Origin: a virus
Lineage: Duplodnaviria > Caudoviricetes
Virus record (IMG/VR): IMGVR_UViG_3300048694_000840
Span: 1 to 53,360 of that record
Strand: one strand, 5' to 3'
Length of the DNA: 53,360 bases
The notes under the pieces were generated by a model. That model was given only the letters and a program-made list of their open reading frames with translations, was not told the origin of the DNA and did no database searches. This document shows, piece after piece, positions 18,972 through 29,225 of this stretch (the first letter of the stretch is position 1; every line of letters begins with the position of its first letter). The translations under genes and the position numbers were made by a program.

Positions 18972-19969
18972 CAGCAGTTCCACTTTCTCAAAGACTTATT
19001 GATGCGTGAATTTGGATCATGAGCTGTCTTTGCAGAAGTTAAACGTTTTTTCATTCCACTCATTCTTGCACAGAATGATTTACGACGATTTGCTGCTTTT
19101 GAACCTGGCTTTAATTTTGATGGTTTTGTTGTAACAGCTGTTTTTAGTGTAGAACCAGGATGTTCTCTACGATAAGACATTACACCTTTTCGATTTAAAC
19201 CACCAGAAGGATTTTTACCTTCTTTACGTTGCCATGCAGCAACCTCATCAACCTGTTCAACATCTTCTCCCCAGTATGGACGGTCAGAACCAGGAGCTTT
19301 ATATCCTTGTGGTGGTGTTTTGAATTGATTGGATGGTTTCTTTGGACCTTGAGTTGCTGAATGATATTCATCGCTTGCTTTCTTAGCAAGTTTTTGGCCA
19401 GCTTTTAAATAACCTTTGTCCAATTTAGCAATCTTGCTGTGACTTTTCTTTGAAGCAGTAAAATCACCGGTGGCCATGTCTTTTTTAACGATTTCGTGAT
19501 GTTTAGCTGCCATTTTATTGGCAGTTGCTTTAGCCTTATCTCTGTATGAAGTTAATGTCTCTTTGCTAATCTCATCAATCTGTTCAACAGATTCATTAAC
19601 ATCTTCATTCTTACTGGACAAATATGTACCAACAGTATTGATGTAATCGGCCGCTAAAGTTACTTTTGATTGCACCCATGCTGGTACTTGTTTCTCATAA
19701 TCTTTACCAATATATTCACGAATCATTTTTGAACAACGATCAATATCATCCAACTGATTCAATATCATACTACCTTCATCATCCAACATTTTACCCATAG
19801 CGATAGCAATATGGTTTTCTTGGATTTCAACTTCTTCTGGAACACAATTAGGTACCTTACGACCACCCTTCATCTTCATACCGACAGCAGTATAACCTTT
19901 CCAGCAAGCGTCTTTTAATTCGCCTGTTGGTTTCTTAACTTCTTTAATGTATTCTTTGAATTTTTTCAT
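18971..19969 (-). CDS. Mosaic internal head protein
   Basis: MKKFKEYI start; CWKGY...VPNCV module; RRKSFCARM...KWNC module; E-x-x-E-Q-I-D-E linkers. Confidence 0.7.
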   Translation of the reverse strand: MKKFKEYIKEVKKPTGELKDACWKGYTAVGMKMKGGRKVPNCVPEEVEIQENHIAIAMGKMLDDEGSMILNQLDDIDRCSKMIREYIGKDYEKQVPAWVQSKVTLAADYINTVGTYLSSKNEDVNESVEQIDEISKETLTSYRDKAKATANKMAAKHHEIVKKDMATGDFTASKKSHSKIAKLDKGYLKAGQKLAKKASDEYHSATQGPKKPSNQFKTPPQGYKAPGSDRPYWGEDVEQVDEVAAWQRKEGKNPSGGLNRKGVMSYRREHPGSTLKTAVTTKPSKLKPGSKAANRRKSFCARMSGMKKRLTSAKTAHDPNSRINKSLRKWNC

Positions 19970-20352
19970 ATCTTGATTAATACCTCTGCGATATTTGTAT
20001 TTAATGGTATCTCGGAAGAATATATGTTTTTCCCACGAATACCGTAAACTGCTTCTGGCATAATATTGAGATATTCCAAAAACGTTTTGAGAATATCATA
20101 GTCACGTTCGTCTATCTTATAGAACAATATTCTTGCCGTGACCTCTGGTCCAAAAACATTGTTCAATAAAATGAGGTGGTTCAATATCAAGCGTTCTTTA
20201 AGTGATTTGGTCACTTTGTATCTTCTAAACAATCTTTTCAGATACTTGGTACGCTTGATATCTCCCTCAAATTCTGACATAATGCATTGCGGTGAACTAT
20301 AATGTTTCATCGCATACATTACAAAATTATCTTCATTCAAATCATCGAACAT
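19966..20352 (-). CDS. Conserved T4-like phage protein
   Basis: LNEDNFVMYAMKHY...LKERLILNHLI.L.NVFG. Confidence 0.75.
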   Translation of the reverse strand: MFDDLNEDNFVMYAMKHYSSPQCIMSEFEGDIKRTKYLKRLFRRYKVTKSLKERLILNHLILLNNVFGPEVTARILFYKIDERDYDILKTFLEYLNIMPEAVYGIRGKNIYSSEIPLNTNIAEVLIKI

Positions 20353-20375
20353 AATTAGAAGGGGCCGAAGCCCCT
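20353..20375 (-). terminator. Probable intrinsic terminator
   Basis: AGGGGC-TTCG-GCCCCT hairpin followed by TCTAATT, just after the Ig-domain gene stop. Confidence 0.6.
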
Positions 20376-20379
20376 GTTA

Positions 20380-21072
20380 TCAGAAGATTGTGATCAAACC
20401 GTTTGCGGAGTTGACTGACACACCTTCGTCTGCGGCAGTAACAACGCAACGGAACACATAACCGTTTGCGGTTGTATTCCATGGAGTAACTGTCAATGTA
20501 GCTGTTGTAGCGCCAGACTTCTGAACACCGCCAGGTTGTGCATTGTTGCCGTTAGCCACGTTAACCCATGAACCACCTGTGTTGTTATTAACTTGCCACT
20601 GGTAACTTAATGTAGCGGCTGTATTGCCCAATAGTGTTGGTGATACTGTGAATGACACAGAGTTAGCATTTGCAGCACCAGAAACTACTGAACCGTTTGA
20701 AGGACCAGTTAACGTAATAGAAACGTTAGCATAAACTTGTTGGTCACCGTCACCATTTACGCTGGCCAAAGCAACCAAAGTCTCTGTTTGTACACGGCCT
20801 GCACGACCACCTGTACCAACAGTTCTCAAGTTCCATCCTTTGTGAGCACCCATACCATGGCCTTGTGCTTGAATTTCTTGACCATCAATTGCAAACAAAC
20901 CAATAGTTTCGTTTGTAATGTATGCATCTGCTGTAGTATTTGCATAAAGAACAGCTACGTTTGCAGCTGTTGGTGCTGATACTAGAACTGCTGCAGCACT
21001 TTTTGTAATTGTTGAGTTAACGGCCCAATATGGAGCGTTAGCTGCGTTGTCGTTATTTCCCCAAGATGACAT
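20380..21072 (-). CDS. Virion structural protein with C-terminal Ig-like domain
   Basis: LSYQWQ...GATTATLTV...NGYVFRCVV Ig motif; GRAGRVQTETLVA; AATAAATA upstream. Confidence 0.78.
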   Translation of the reverse strand: MSSWGNNDNAANAPYWAVNSTITKSAAAVLVSAPTAANVAVLYANTTADAYITNETIGLFAIDGQEIQAQGHGMGAHKGWNLRTVGTGGRAGRVQTETLVALASVNGDGDQQVYANVSITLTGPSNGSVVSGAANANSVSFTVSPTLLGNTAATLSYQWQVNNNTGGSWVNVANGNNAQPGGVQKSGATTATLTVTPWNTTANGYVFRCVVTAADEGVSVNSANGLITIF

Positions 21073-21106
21073 TTTATTCTCCTTTTAACCGAGGGTTATA
21101 TTGTAT

Positions 21107-22213
21107 TTATTTAATTGGTTTCTCTGAACCGAAAGTTGCTTGTTTCTTAGTTTTCATCATCGGATCAATCTCAATGGTGTCTCTAGGAGCACCAGTCATA
21201 GTTTTACCACCACTTAGAACTGCTGCGGCTTGTGGTGCTTCCTTGGTCATGGCGTCAACGCCAGGTTTTTGTAACTTGGCTTTTTTACCGGGTGATGCAA
21301 CAGGTTTATCTTCTTTTTCATGGTCAAACATATCTTCTTTAATGCCCTTCTTTTTATAGATGGACTTGATGATTCTTGCTGACTTTGACATTTCTTTCAT
21401 ATTTTTACGTTTCGCAGGAATAACATCATCAGGATTGTTCGCACCATCAAATGGCATTTGTGTGGCTGCGGTTGAACCATGGAAAACATCTTCTTTTTTG
21501 AACATTTTTTCAATTTGTTTTCCGGTAGACTTCATGTGACCCATCCAACGTTTGTTGGCCTTTTTGTACTCACCTTTGGATGCCAAGTCTTTGGCTGATG
21601 CGCCTGCTTTATCTCTGTAACGATTCAATAGTTCTGGTGACAATTCGTTTAGGTATTCTACGGCTTCTTTGATGTTGGCTACGGTGTCATAGTCATCCAT
21701 GGTCAACATACCTTTTTTGCGAAGCTCAATTAATCTTTCAACAACACGATGTAGATCCATGTCAGATTTTAAATCTTCACGAGCCAGTTCCAAAACACGA
21801 ATCAACAAAGGAATGTCAAAGGTGACTGTATCTTTTTTATCTGTTGCTTCGGAATGTAATTGTTTGTGACCATCTGCAACACGAATTTCTTTATTCATGT
21901 GCTGCGCCTTTTTTAAAGCATGTAGTCTTTTTTCCGTTGGTGTATGTTCAGCTGAAATTGATTCTTTGACAGGATCATTCAGGTGTTGTGTCGCCCACAT
22001 TTTATATGCATTTGTCTTAGAATGTGCAACTTTAACGTCTTTTGAAGCAAATTGTGGATTAATACCTCTTGATTTGAGATATTTGTCTAACAAAGCAGTT
22101 TCTGTTATGTTTGCTTTGGCTGACCAAGGATCATTAGGATCGGTACCGAATGTGGGTTTTTCGCAACCACATCCTTTTACCGTATCCTTAACTATTCTTG
22201 CTTTTCTGCTCAT
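21107..22213 (-). CDS. Putative internal head protein
   Basis: Lys/Glu-rich; DTVTFDIPLLIRVLELARED module. Confidence 0.65.
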   Translation of the reverse strand: MSRKARIVKDTVKGCGCEKPTFGTDPNDPWSAKANITETALLDKYLKSRGINPQFASKDVKVAHSKTNAYKMWATQHLNDPVKESISAEHTPTEKRLHALKKAQHMNKEIRVADGHKQLHSEATDKKDTVTFDIPLLIRVLELAREDLKSDMDLHRVVERLIELRKKGMLTMDDYDTVANIKEAVEYLNELSPELLNRYRDKAGASAKDLASKGEYKKANKRWMGHMKSTGKQIEKMFKKEDVFHGSTAATQMPFDGANNPDDVIPAKRKNMKEMSKSARIIKSIYKKKGIKEDMFDHEKEDKPVASPGKKAKLQKPGVDAMTKEAPQAAAVLSGGKTMTGAPRDTIEIDPMMKTKKQATFGSEKPIK

Positions 22214-23610
22214 TTCCATGCCTTATCTTCGGATGTACCTGTTTTACCAAGCATTTCGGTTTTCATTCTTTTCATTGCTTGTTTTGCTAGATGTTTAACT
22301 CTGGACATTGGTGTGTGTTTTGCACCTGATTTATCTGTTACAGTTGCTGGTTTATCTGTTGGATTGTATGGTCCTTCAAATGGAACGTTATCAGTTTCTG
22401 GTCTTTTGGACTCAGTTACTTTTTTTTTAGCTTCTGGTTCGTCATGTTCTGGTTTAGACTTTTGTGCTGCGCCACCATATGCACGACCTTGTTTAACACC
22501 TGAACCACCTTTTGATTCTGGTGGACGTGGTTTTTTCCAGTCAAATGCATTTTCTTCAACTTGGTCAACTTCTTCTTTAGTCAAACGATCTACGGCTTTA
22601 TTAACACCGGCTCTACGCTTTATGGCCATAGCATTAAATTTGGCGGCAAGACGAGTGTTGGCACCTTTTGCGCTGTCACCTCTTACACGCTTTGCTTTGT
22701 TTGCAAAATCTGAACCAAGTTTACGACTAACCATAGCATCATCAGATGCTTTTTTAACATATGAACCTAGTGTTGATTTTTTCAATTCATCAATCTGTTC
22801 AACTTCTTCTTCAATATGGTTTCCACCACATACGCATGGATCTTGCATACAGTCTGGACAAATATCTGTTTCAACTTCTTCGTTGCGTTGTTTTGCATAA
22901 TAAGCGGCTAAAGCCATCTTTTTACGCATTTCTGTTGACTTACCTTTGAACTTAGGATTGTCTGAATGAACAAAGTCATGGATCCAATCACCAGCAGATG
23001 CATCCTTAGACAATACTTCTTGGATCATTTGGTCGAAAATTGAATGTTCTTCGTATTCTTCTTTGAATTTCTTCAATGTCATGGCCAAATTGGCTCTCTT
23101 ACCAAGTTTACCACCTTTTTCTGCAGCTGACTTTAGTTTTTCGGCAGGAATCTTTTCGCCAGCAGGAACATGAAGTTGTTTGTGTAGAGCACCTGGCTTC
23201 TTAATAGCCTTTTGGATCCACTTTTCTTTTTCTTCAATCTGTTCAACTTCTTCTTTTACATCACCTTCAATCTTAACTTTTTTGGACAAGAAAGGATCGG
23301 CAGATTTCTTTTCACGACCTTTTAGTGTGTCTGTGACTTCTTCTTTCATCTTTTTCATTTTGGCTTGCTTGGCAGCTTGTTTCATTGGCTCTGTTGTATT
23401 ACCATCTTTATCTAGATCCAAGAAATCTGGCTTTGCTGATTCTTTGACTGGTTTTTGTCCAGCACGAAGCTTAGCCAAATCTCCAGCATCAATCTTGTCT
23501 GCTGGTGGAGACATTTTAGCAATTTGCTTTTGTTTTGGAGAAAGTTCTTTTTTCTCCAAAATAGATTTTACTGAATCTGCAACAGAATCTTTTTTGTTAA
23601 GATTGATCAT
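22210..23610 (-). CDS. Putative internal head polyprotein
   Basis: Repeated EEVEQI(E/D)E linkers separating basic modules (KWIQKAIKKPGALH; WIHDFVHSDNPKFKGK). Confidence 0.65.
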   Translation of the reverse strand: MINLNKKDSVADSVKSILEKKELSPKQKQIAKMSPPADKIDAGDLAKLRAGQKPVKESAKPDFLDLDKDGNTTEPMKQAAKQAKMKKMKEEVTDTLKGREKKSADPFLSKKVKIEGDVKEEVEQIEEKEKWIQKAIKKPGALHKQLHVPAGEKIPAEKLKSAAEKGGKLGKRANLAMTLKKFKEEYEEHSIFDQMIQEVLSKDASAGDWIHDFVHSDNPKFKGKSTEMRKKMALAAYYAKQRNEEVETDICPDCMQDPCVCGGNHIEEEVEQIDELKKSTLGSYVKKASDDAMVSRKLGSDFANKAKRVRGDSAKGANTRLAAKFNAMAIKRRAGVNKAVDRLTKEEVDQVEENAFDWKKPRPPESKGGSGVKQGRAYGGAAQKSKPEHDEPEAKKKVTESKRPETDNVPFEGPYNPTDKPATVTDKSGAKHTPMSRVKHLAKQAMKRMKTEMLGKTGTSEDKAWK

Positions 23611-25472
23611 TTTTTGCCTGCCTTTTTTCGTTTTATTGTATCGTAGGTATAACCAACTTTATCTTTCGGATTTTCAATCGGTTCTTTGTTGTCTGCACCG
23701 CTTAGTGTTCCAGCAAATCCAGATTCCTGATCGTTTTGAAACCCGTTATATTCATTAATTGTTTTTCTAAACTTACCAAAATTCTTATCTTCTCTGTAAG
23801 TAACATCGCCTAGTCCAGACATAGGGTATACTGTTCCCTGTTGGCGAGTGTCAAATTCAGGACCAATTCCAGATTGGTTTCTCAACCTTTGATTAACTGT
23901 AGGAGAGTCAACAAATCTGTTTTTTTTACTCTTTACTTTTTCTTTGTCTTGTTTGAAGTTGCTTTCTTTTGGCTCTGGGAAGATTTTGATCGACCCCTCT
24001 TTTGCTTCGGAGTAGGTTCTGAAGGTGTAACTTCCTCGCTTGGCGTTTCTGTCCCACTTGATGTTGTCTGCACTGGGGTCTCCTGCTCGATTATCAGCTG
24101 GGATATCTCCTGGACGGTCTGCTGTGGGGCCTGCTCCTGTACGGAGTTTTGGCTCGGAACCGCTGCTGTCCTTTCCGTGAAGTCCAACGGATGGCTTTCT
24201 TCTACTTTCTTTGAGCTTCTGAATAAATCTAGAATCTTTCTTAACATAATTTTGTTCCTCAACAAAAGACTGGTGAATACTATTATTTAGCTTACCGTGG
24301 TTCTCTAACCATAGGTATGCTTCCTCATTTAGAATCTTGATATCAATAAAATCGTTGATACTTTGGTATATATCTGTAATATCTTCTTCTATTTCTTCTA
24401 ACGAACCACTATTGTTCAAACCAATAAAATTTTCAAATTTATTTTGGTATAGTTCTTTGTTAATTTGTGCTTCTTTCCATTTCTTTTGTCTTATGGATTC
24501 AGCAATCATCTTGGTTAATTTTTCGTTGCGTTCTTTACTTGCTTCATTTGAGGCCTCAACAAAAACCATCAATGTGTCATATCCTAGTTCTTCTAGTTCT
24601 TCTTTAATCCAAAACATTTCATTTTGTCTGTCGGCCGGACCATTAATAATCAAAGGCTTACGACTTCTAATTGCTTCTCTACGATAATCAGCAGTTCTTT
24701 CGGCCAATTTTTGTTTGTCCGCTAGATATTCAAAAGCCTGGACCGAGTTGATTTCCACGGCTCTGTTTTCTGCAATAGCTTCACGTAGAATAACATCTTT
24801 ACCAGAACCAGGTCCGCCAGTAACAAAAATGGCTTTGAACATACCACGATTAACATTTTCGTGTAGACCCATGCCACGGCGAACATCATGCATCAATTCT
24901 TTTGCATGTGTATCGGAAACATGGTGAGGAACACCCTGACGGAAAGATGAAAAGTCTTTGTTCTTGGCATGTTCACGCATCTTGGATGCTGACATACCTT
25001 CGGTTCCCTCTGCATCTGGGTCACGGTGACCAGCAGAATGTACAGTTATTTTTTTGAAGTTGTATTCACCATGACCAGCTTTCTTACCGTTATATTTGTG
25101 TAATAAGTCATGGTATTCTTTAACTCTGTCTGAACCACCAACCACATGTAGATGTGTTACACCTTTTTTGTGTAGTTCTGCGGCATGATGTAATAGTGTT
25201 GGTTTTTCTTTAGATGATGATGCAAAGTTGGTTCCTGGAGAATATCTTTTTAGATGTTTAACCTTTTGTTCTCCGCTCAATGGATTCTTTTTAGTATCTT
25301 GTGAGTGTGATGCAATAACGGTATGACCACCACCAACTTTGTGTGCGATTGACTTGACCTTATCTATTAACTTTAGATGGCCTGTTGTAGGAGGATTCAT
25401 GCGACCAAAGGCCAAAACGTGATGTTTTTCCTTGGTTTGATCTTCCTTTAATATTTGTGAAAACGACTTCAT
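23607..25472 (-). CDS. Cytidylyltransferase-like domain fused to a P-loop kinase-like domain
   Basis: FGRMNPPTTGH and MSASKMR (HIGH/KMSKS family); GGPGSGKD Walker A. Confidence 0.8.
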   Translation of the reverse strand: MKSFSQILKEDQTKEKHHVLAFGRMNPPTTGHLKLIDKVKSIAHKVGGGHTVIASHSQDTKKNPLSGEQKVKHLKRYSPGTNFASSSKEKPTLLHHAAELHKKGVTHLHVVGGSDRVKEYHDLLHKYNGKKAGHGEYNFKKITVHSAGHRDPDAEGTEGMSASKMREHAKNKDFSSFRQGVPHHVSDTHAKELMHDVRRGMGLHENVNRGMFKAIFVTGGPGSGKDVILREAIAENRAVEINSVQAFEYLADKQKLAERTADYRREAIRSRKPLIINGPADRQNEMFWIKEELEELGYDTLMVFVEASNEASKERNEKLTKMIAESIRQKKWKEAQINKELYQNKFENFIGLNNSGSLEEIEEDITDIYQSINDFIDIKILNEEAYLWLENHGKLNNSIHQSFVEEQNYVKKDSRFIQKLKESRRKPSVGLHGKDSSGSEPKLRTGAGPTADRPGDIPADNRAGDPSADNIKWDRNAKRGSYTFRTYSEAKEGSIKIFPEPKESNFKQDKEKVKSKKNRFVDSPTVNQRLRNQSGIGPEFDTRQQGTVYPMSGLGDVTYREDKNFGKFRKTINEYNGFQNDQESGFAGTLSGADNKEPIENPKDKVGYTYDTIKRKKAGKK

Positions 25473-26665
25473 TTACGTACTTTTAACAGATTAATTTTAC
25501 TGAATTCTTTGCGATTAACTAACTTTGTTGGTTCGCCTGCATGATGAACAACGAATCCTTCTGGATCGGTTCTTTTCATCTTGCCACCACCAATATCTAC
25601 ATGATGTTCTAATCCACTCTCATGTTGGTTCAATGTTCTAACCAACACATCTTTTGCCTGTTGTAGATGATGATGCATCTTCAACAAATTGTCATATTGT
25701 TGTTTATTCTTTTTAATATGATCAACATGCAATTTAGCTTCTGCTTGTTTTCTACCTTGTGCAGCAGGAGTCTTTAACTTTTCACTTGCCTTTTTATACT
25801 TATCCTGTATAAATTTTGACAATCCTTCTGCATTTGGTTTTTCGTCTGTTCTAACTGTATGATTGATGTATTGCTCTAAATGACCGCCTTCACCACTATG
25901 TGGACTTACGGCTGAATACATCTTTTGACCATTCTTATCGTGTATATCTTGTGCGGCTTTGATGTGTTTGTTGAATTCACCTTGGTCATCAACAGAGTAA
26001 TGCACCTGTCTGGTATCATGGTTTGGTGAAATTCTCCAAACATCCGGATTACTCTTAAAGTTATGTAAGTCTGGATGTGGATCGGCAGTCATGGCCTTGG
26101 CAGAATCACCATGGTATTGTGTGTGTACAACAACACCAACCTTAGCTTTACGAACTTTATCTGCTTCATCACCTTTGGCAGTATATTGTATTGTGTTCGG
26201 TGTAAAAGAAACGCCTTGTTTTGTCTCTTTCTTATCATCACCAGAAAACATCATGTCACCTTGATAAACACCGGTTTTTGGTGCAACTTTCTTGAGATGA
26301 TTCAATGCATCATGTAACTTAGCCATCAAACCTGGTGCGTGACCATGGTTTTTTAGTATATCTGCATGTGTGTAGTTTATTTTTGGTGTTTTATTAAAAG
26401 CCGACTTGGATGCAACAAAAAACTTACCATTTTCTGGATGATGACCAAAAACAATAGACGGAGAACCATCATACTTCATGGTCAAATGTGAACTGTTGCC
26501 ACCAGACTTAATATGTTGGTGTGCTTGTTTTAATGCGGCCACGGCATGGTCGAAACCTTCTGCACCTTTCTGCAAAGGTCTATCTTCTGCATGAGTTATA
26601 TGTTTTAGTTTTCCACCCTCAGCTTCTTCAGCCTGTTCACGGATGTATGTGACGAAATTTCTCAT
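25469..26665 (-). CDS. Conserved T4-like phage protein (DUF6267-like, ligase-fold motifs)
   Basis: KYDGSP, QGDMMF, PEGFVV, KLVNR.EFS. Confidence 0.7.
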   Translation of the reverse strand: MRNFVTYIREQAEEAEGGKLKHITHAEDRPLQKGAEGFDHAVAALKQAHQHIKSGGNSSHLTMKYDGSPSIVFGHHPENGKFFVASKSAFNKTPKINYTHADILKNHGHAPGLMAKLHDALNHLKKVAPKTGVYQGDMMFSGDDKKETKQGVSFTPNTIQYTAKGDEADKVRKAKVGVVVHTQYHGDSAKAMTADPHPDLHNFKSNPDVWRISPNHDTRQVHYSVDDQGEFNKHIKAAQDIHDKNGQKMYSAVSPHSGEGGHLEQYINHTVRTDEKPNAEGLSKFIQDKYKKASEKLKTPAAQGRKQAEAKLHVDHIKKNKQQYDNLLKMHHHLQQAKDVLVRTLNQHESGLEHHVDIGGGKMKRTDPEGFVVHHAGEPTKLVNRKEFSKINLLKVRK

Positions 26666-26707
26666 TGATACCTTTTGAAATGCAACACACTTTGGTTGCC
26701 TGCGGTA

Positions 26708-26715
26708 TATTTATA
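26708..26715 (-). promoter_or_regulatory. T4-type late promoter
   Basis: TATAAATA 43 nt upstream of the 26665 start. Confidence 0.8.
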
Positions 26716-26770
26716 TAAGATTAAAATATATGGTACTAAACTAAACAAATATTGAAACTGATATATAGCG

Positions 26771-27463
26771 TCAATAATACTCAATATTACCATTTCCTGA
26801 TAACCATCCAAAACAATGCAACTGGTCGAATTCGACCAAATATTCTTTCGGAATGTTATGGAAGTGTGCATGTTCAGTATCGAAACCTTGTTGGACTACT
26901 GGTATGTTTTTCCTAATAACTTCAAGATATGTGTCAATAAGTGAAGGACAAAAAGAAAACATTCTGGTAATTAACAGGTCTGATATTGTTTTATGATTCA
27001 TCCAAGTTGGTATTCTTTTCTTGAAAACAAATTTACCAAAGATATCATGTTCTTCAATATCGAAACCGTCCAACAAGACACTTCTACCAGAAAATTTAAA
27101 AATTCTTTTGACCGAACTCATCATTTTGGTTGTGTCTGGATTTTGTCTGAGTGTTTGTAACACTTTATATAACATCAGATTTTCCGCAAGACCTTTTTGG
27201 CCTACCTGAGATAGTTTCATAACATCTTGGTCCATCGTCATATCAATAAAATAATTTGACTTTTCCGCAACAGAAATTTTTTCCAAATCTGTTAATGCAC
27301 GTATAGAAACATCTGCCGTTACAATAATTGCATCAGGAACAATTTTACGGATTGATCTTAATCCATCAACTGTTTGTTGAAATCTTTCACCATCACTAAA
27401 AGGACTCATTAATGGTTTGAGTGCTGATGTTACGATGAACAGGTTTTTGTCAGGTATAATCAT
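26771..27463 (-). CDS. Hypothetical protein of the sugar-modification cassette
   Basis: 230 aa; RIFKFSGR motif. Confidence 0.65.
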   Translation of the reverse strand: MIIPDKNLFIVTSALKPLMSPFSDGERFQQTVDGLRSIRKIVPDAIIVTADVSIRALTDLEKISVAEKSNYFIDMTMDQDVMKLSQVGQKGLAENLMLYKVLQTLRQNPDTTKMMSSVKRIFKFSGRSVLLDGFDIEEHDIFGKFVFKKRIPTWMNHKTISDLLITRMFSFCPSLIDTYLEVIRKNIPVVQQGFDTEHAHFHNIPKEYLVEFDQLHCFGWLSGNGNIEYY

Positions 27464-28491
27464 AAAAAATCACTTAATTTGTCATCGTTTCTATAAAGAT
27501 TGATTGCAACGGCTCTTGGATATGGATTAGATTCGTTATAATCATTAATCAATATACGTTTGGAGTTTTGTAGACCACAGATTAAATCGTAACCTACAAA
27601 TCCTAATTTATCAATCATTTCTTTGGTGATGTTGGTATACTCATGTGGTCTTGCTGTTGTAAATATAAACTGAGCACCTTTAGATTGTAATTCCAATAAC
27701 CTCTTAACATTTTTTTCTAGTACAATTGGATCACTTCTGTAATTATTTTGGCCAACACGTGTCTGGTTTTGTATGATAGTTCCATCAATGTCACAGAAAA
27801 TAACTGGCCTGTCATTGTATTCAAACCAGTCTTGTGCGGTACCAACATCAACATAATCCGTAATGTATTTGTTGGTGAATATTTGCATGTTATTGATACA
27901 ACGACCGATCACATCAGATACAAACACTTCTCTATCGGTGTTCAATTCATTAAAAGCCTGTCTATACAACATTGCTGATGAGAATTTGTAACCACCAACA
28001 CAAAATGTATCCGACACAACCTCTTTCTCCACGATATCCGTTATTATACCATTATTGTTAGCAATTGTAAAGCTTTTAGACGCAAGTTTCTTCAGGATTT
28101 CATGTTGTGAAATTTTGGTGACACAAACATAATTGTCACCTTCGGTAATATCATGTTCAAAGAAACTATCACAGTCTTTAATGAATATTTCGGATGTGTG
28201 TAATCCAGAAGCATTAAGTATCTGGTAAACTGTATCAGCCGGACCTCTGGTCGGTTTGTCAATAATCAAATATTCGATGTTGTCCGGCCATTCGTGTTGT
28301 ATTTGTTCAATTACACCATACTTTTCTTGGTGTTCTTTTAGAATACCAAGATGAATTCTAAAACCTTTTTCCCTGAATGGTCTTAGAGCGTTCATCAACA
28401 TCATATCACCTTTGTAATCATACAGGAGATATTTTGGTTTCATATTAGGGAATCTGGTAGAAAGACCAGCTGCAGGTACAATTATTTCCAT
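27460..28491 (-). CDS. Nucleotidyltransferase fused to a HAD phosphatase
   Basis: IVPAAGLSTRF...KP; C-terminal FCDIDGT, TAR, LIND. Confidence 0.82.
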   Translation of the reverse strand: MEIIVPAAGLSTRFPNMKPKYLLYDYKGDMMLMNALRPFREKGFRIHLGILKEHQEKYGVIEQIQHEWPDNIEYLIIDKPTRGPADTVYQILNASGLHTSEIFIKDCDSFFEHDITEGDNYVCVTKISQHEILKKLASKSFTIANNNGIITDIVEKEVVSDTFCVGGYKFSSAMLYRQAFNELNTDREVFVSDVIGRCINNMQIFTNKYITDYVDVGTAQDWFEYNDRPVIFCDIDGTIIQNQTRVGQNNYRSDPIVLEKNVKRLLELQSKGAQFIFTTARPHEYTNITKEMIDKLGFVGYDLICGLQNSKRILINDYNESNPYPRAVAINLYRNDDKLSDFL

Positions 28492-29225
28492 AATCTATGA
28501 ATCTCTTTCATTAAAAAATTGTAATTATCATCACCTTGTTCACAATATTGAATCACTCTCAACAACATCAATATCAATAGTGAATCATCAACATCTTGTG
28601 AAAAAGCATGTTTGATTTTTGAATTCAATATCTCCAACTTAGTATCTAGTTTAACTTCCGAGTTGCGTAGAAACCATTTACATTCTATATCTTGCCTCAA
28701 TTTGGCCAAATCAAACACATAAGAATCATATTCTGTTGTAACAGGATCAATCATAACGAAACCGGTGTTTGTGTGCAATATATTTTCTAGTGTGAAGTCG
28801 CCGTGATATGTAGACTTGGGAAGAATCTTTGGTAATTTTGCAATCAAATCATACTTAGTAAACGGCATATCTTTTGATTTATCCAGCCAGGCCAGTTTAC
28901 TAAAATATGTTTCTGTATAGTCTTTCATTTCAGAATCACAAGAAAAATCATCCATCGTTCGATTGATGAAATTAAAAAGTTGATTGATGTTATTATGAAT
29001 TAGATAATTTTCCATATCGAGACCATGAATATATTCCATGAGCAAAGTATCATCTATTGTTAAATAGATTTTTGGAACATGATAACCCATTTTATACAAT
29101 GTGGACATTCTTTCCACATTTCTACTGGTGTTACCTACCTTTTCAACACAATAGACGCCTTCAATCTCTTTCAAATAAACTTTTGAACCGGAATGGCCTC
29201 GTAATTCTTTAATTATTTTTTCCAT
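28482..29225 (-). CDS. APH/choline kinase-like phosphotransferase
   Basis: GHSGS, HGDFTLENI, IDP, DLAKL. Confidence 0.8.
   Translation of the reverse strand: MEKIIKELRGHSGSKVYLKEIEGVYCVEKVGNTSRNVERMSTLYKMGYHVPKIYLTIDDTLLMEYIHGLDMENYLIHNNINQLFNFINRTMDDFSCDSEMKDYTETYFSKLAWLDKSKDMPFTKYDLIAKLPKILPKSTYHGDFTLENILHTNTGFVMIDPVTTEYDSYVFDLAKLRQDIECKWFLRNSEVKLDTKLEILNSKIKHAFSQDVDDSLLILMLLRVIQYCEQGDDNYNFLMKEIHRLWK

Noticed and set aside
22313-24290. Long alternative-frame ORFs (22313-22900, 23180-23758, 23841-24290, 23933-24265)
   Set aside because: They overlap well-supported genes and have shadow-frame composition; 23933-24265 is same-strand and cannot be fully excluded, but has no recognisable motif.
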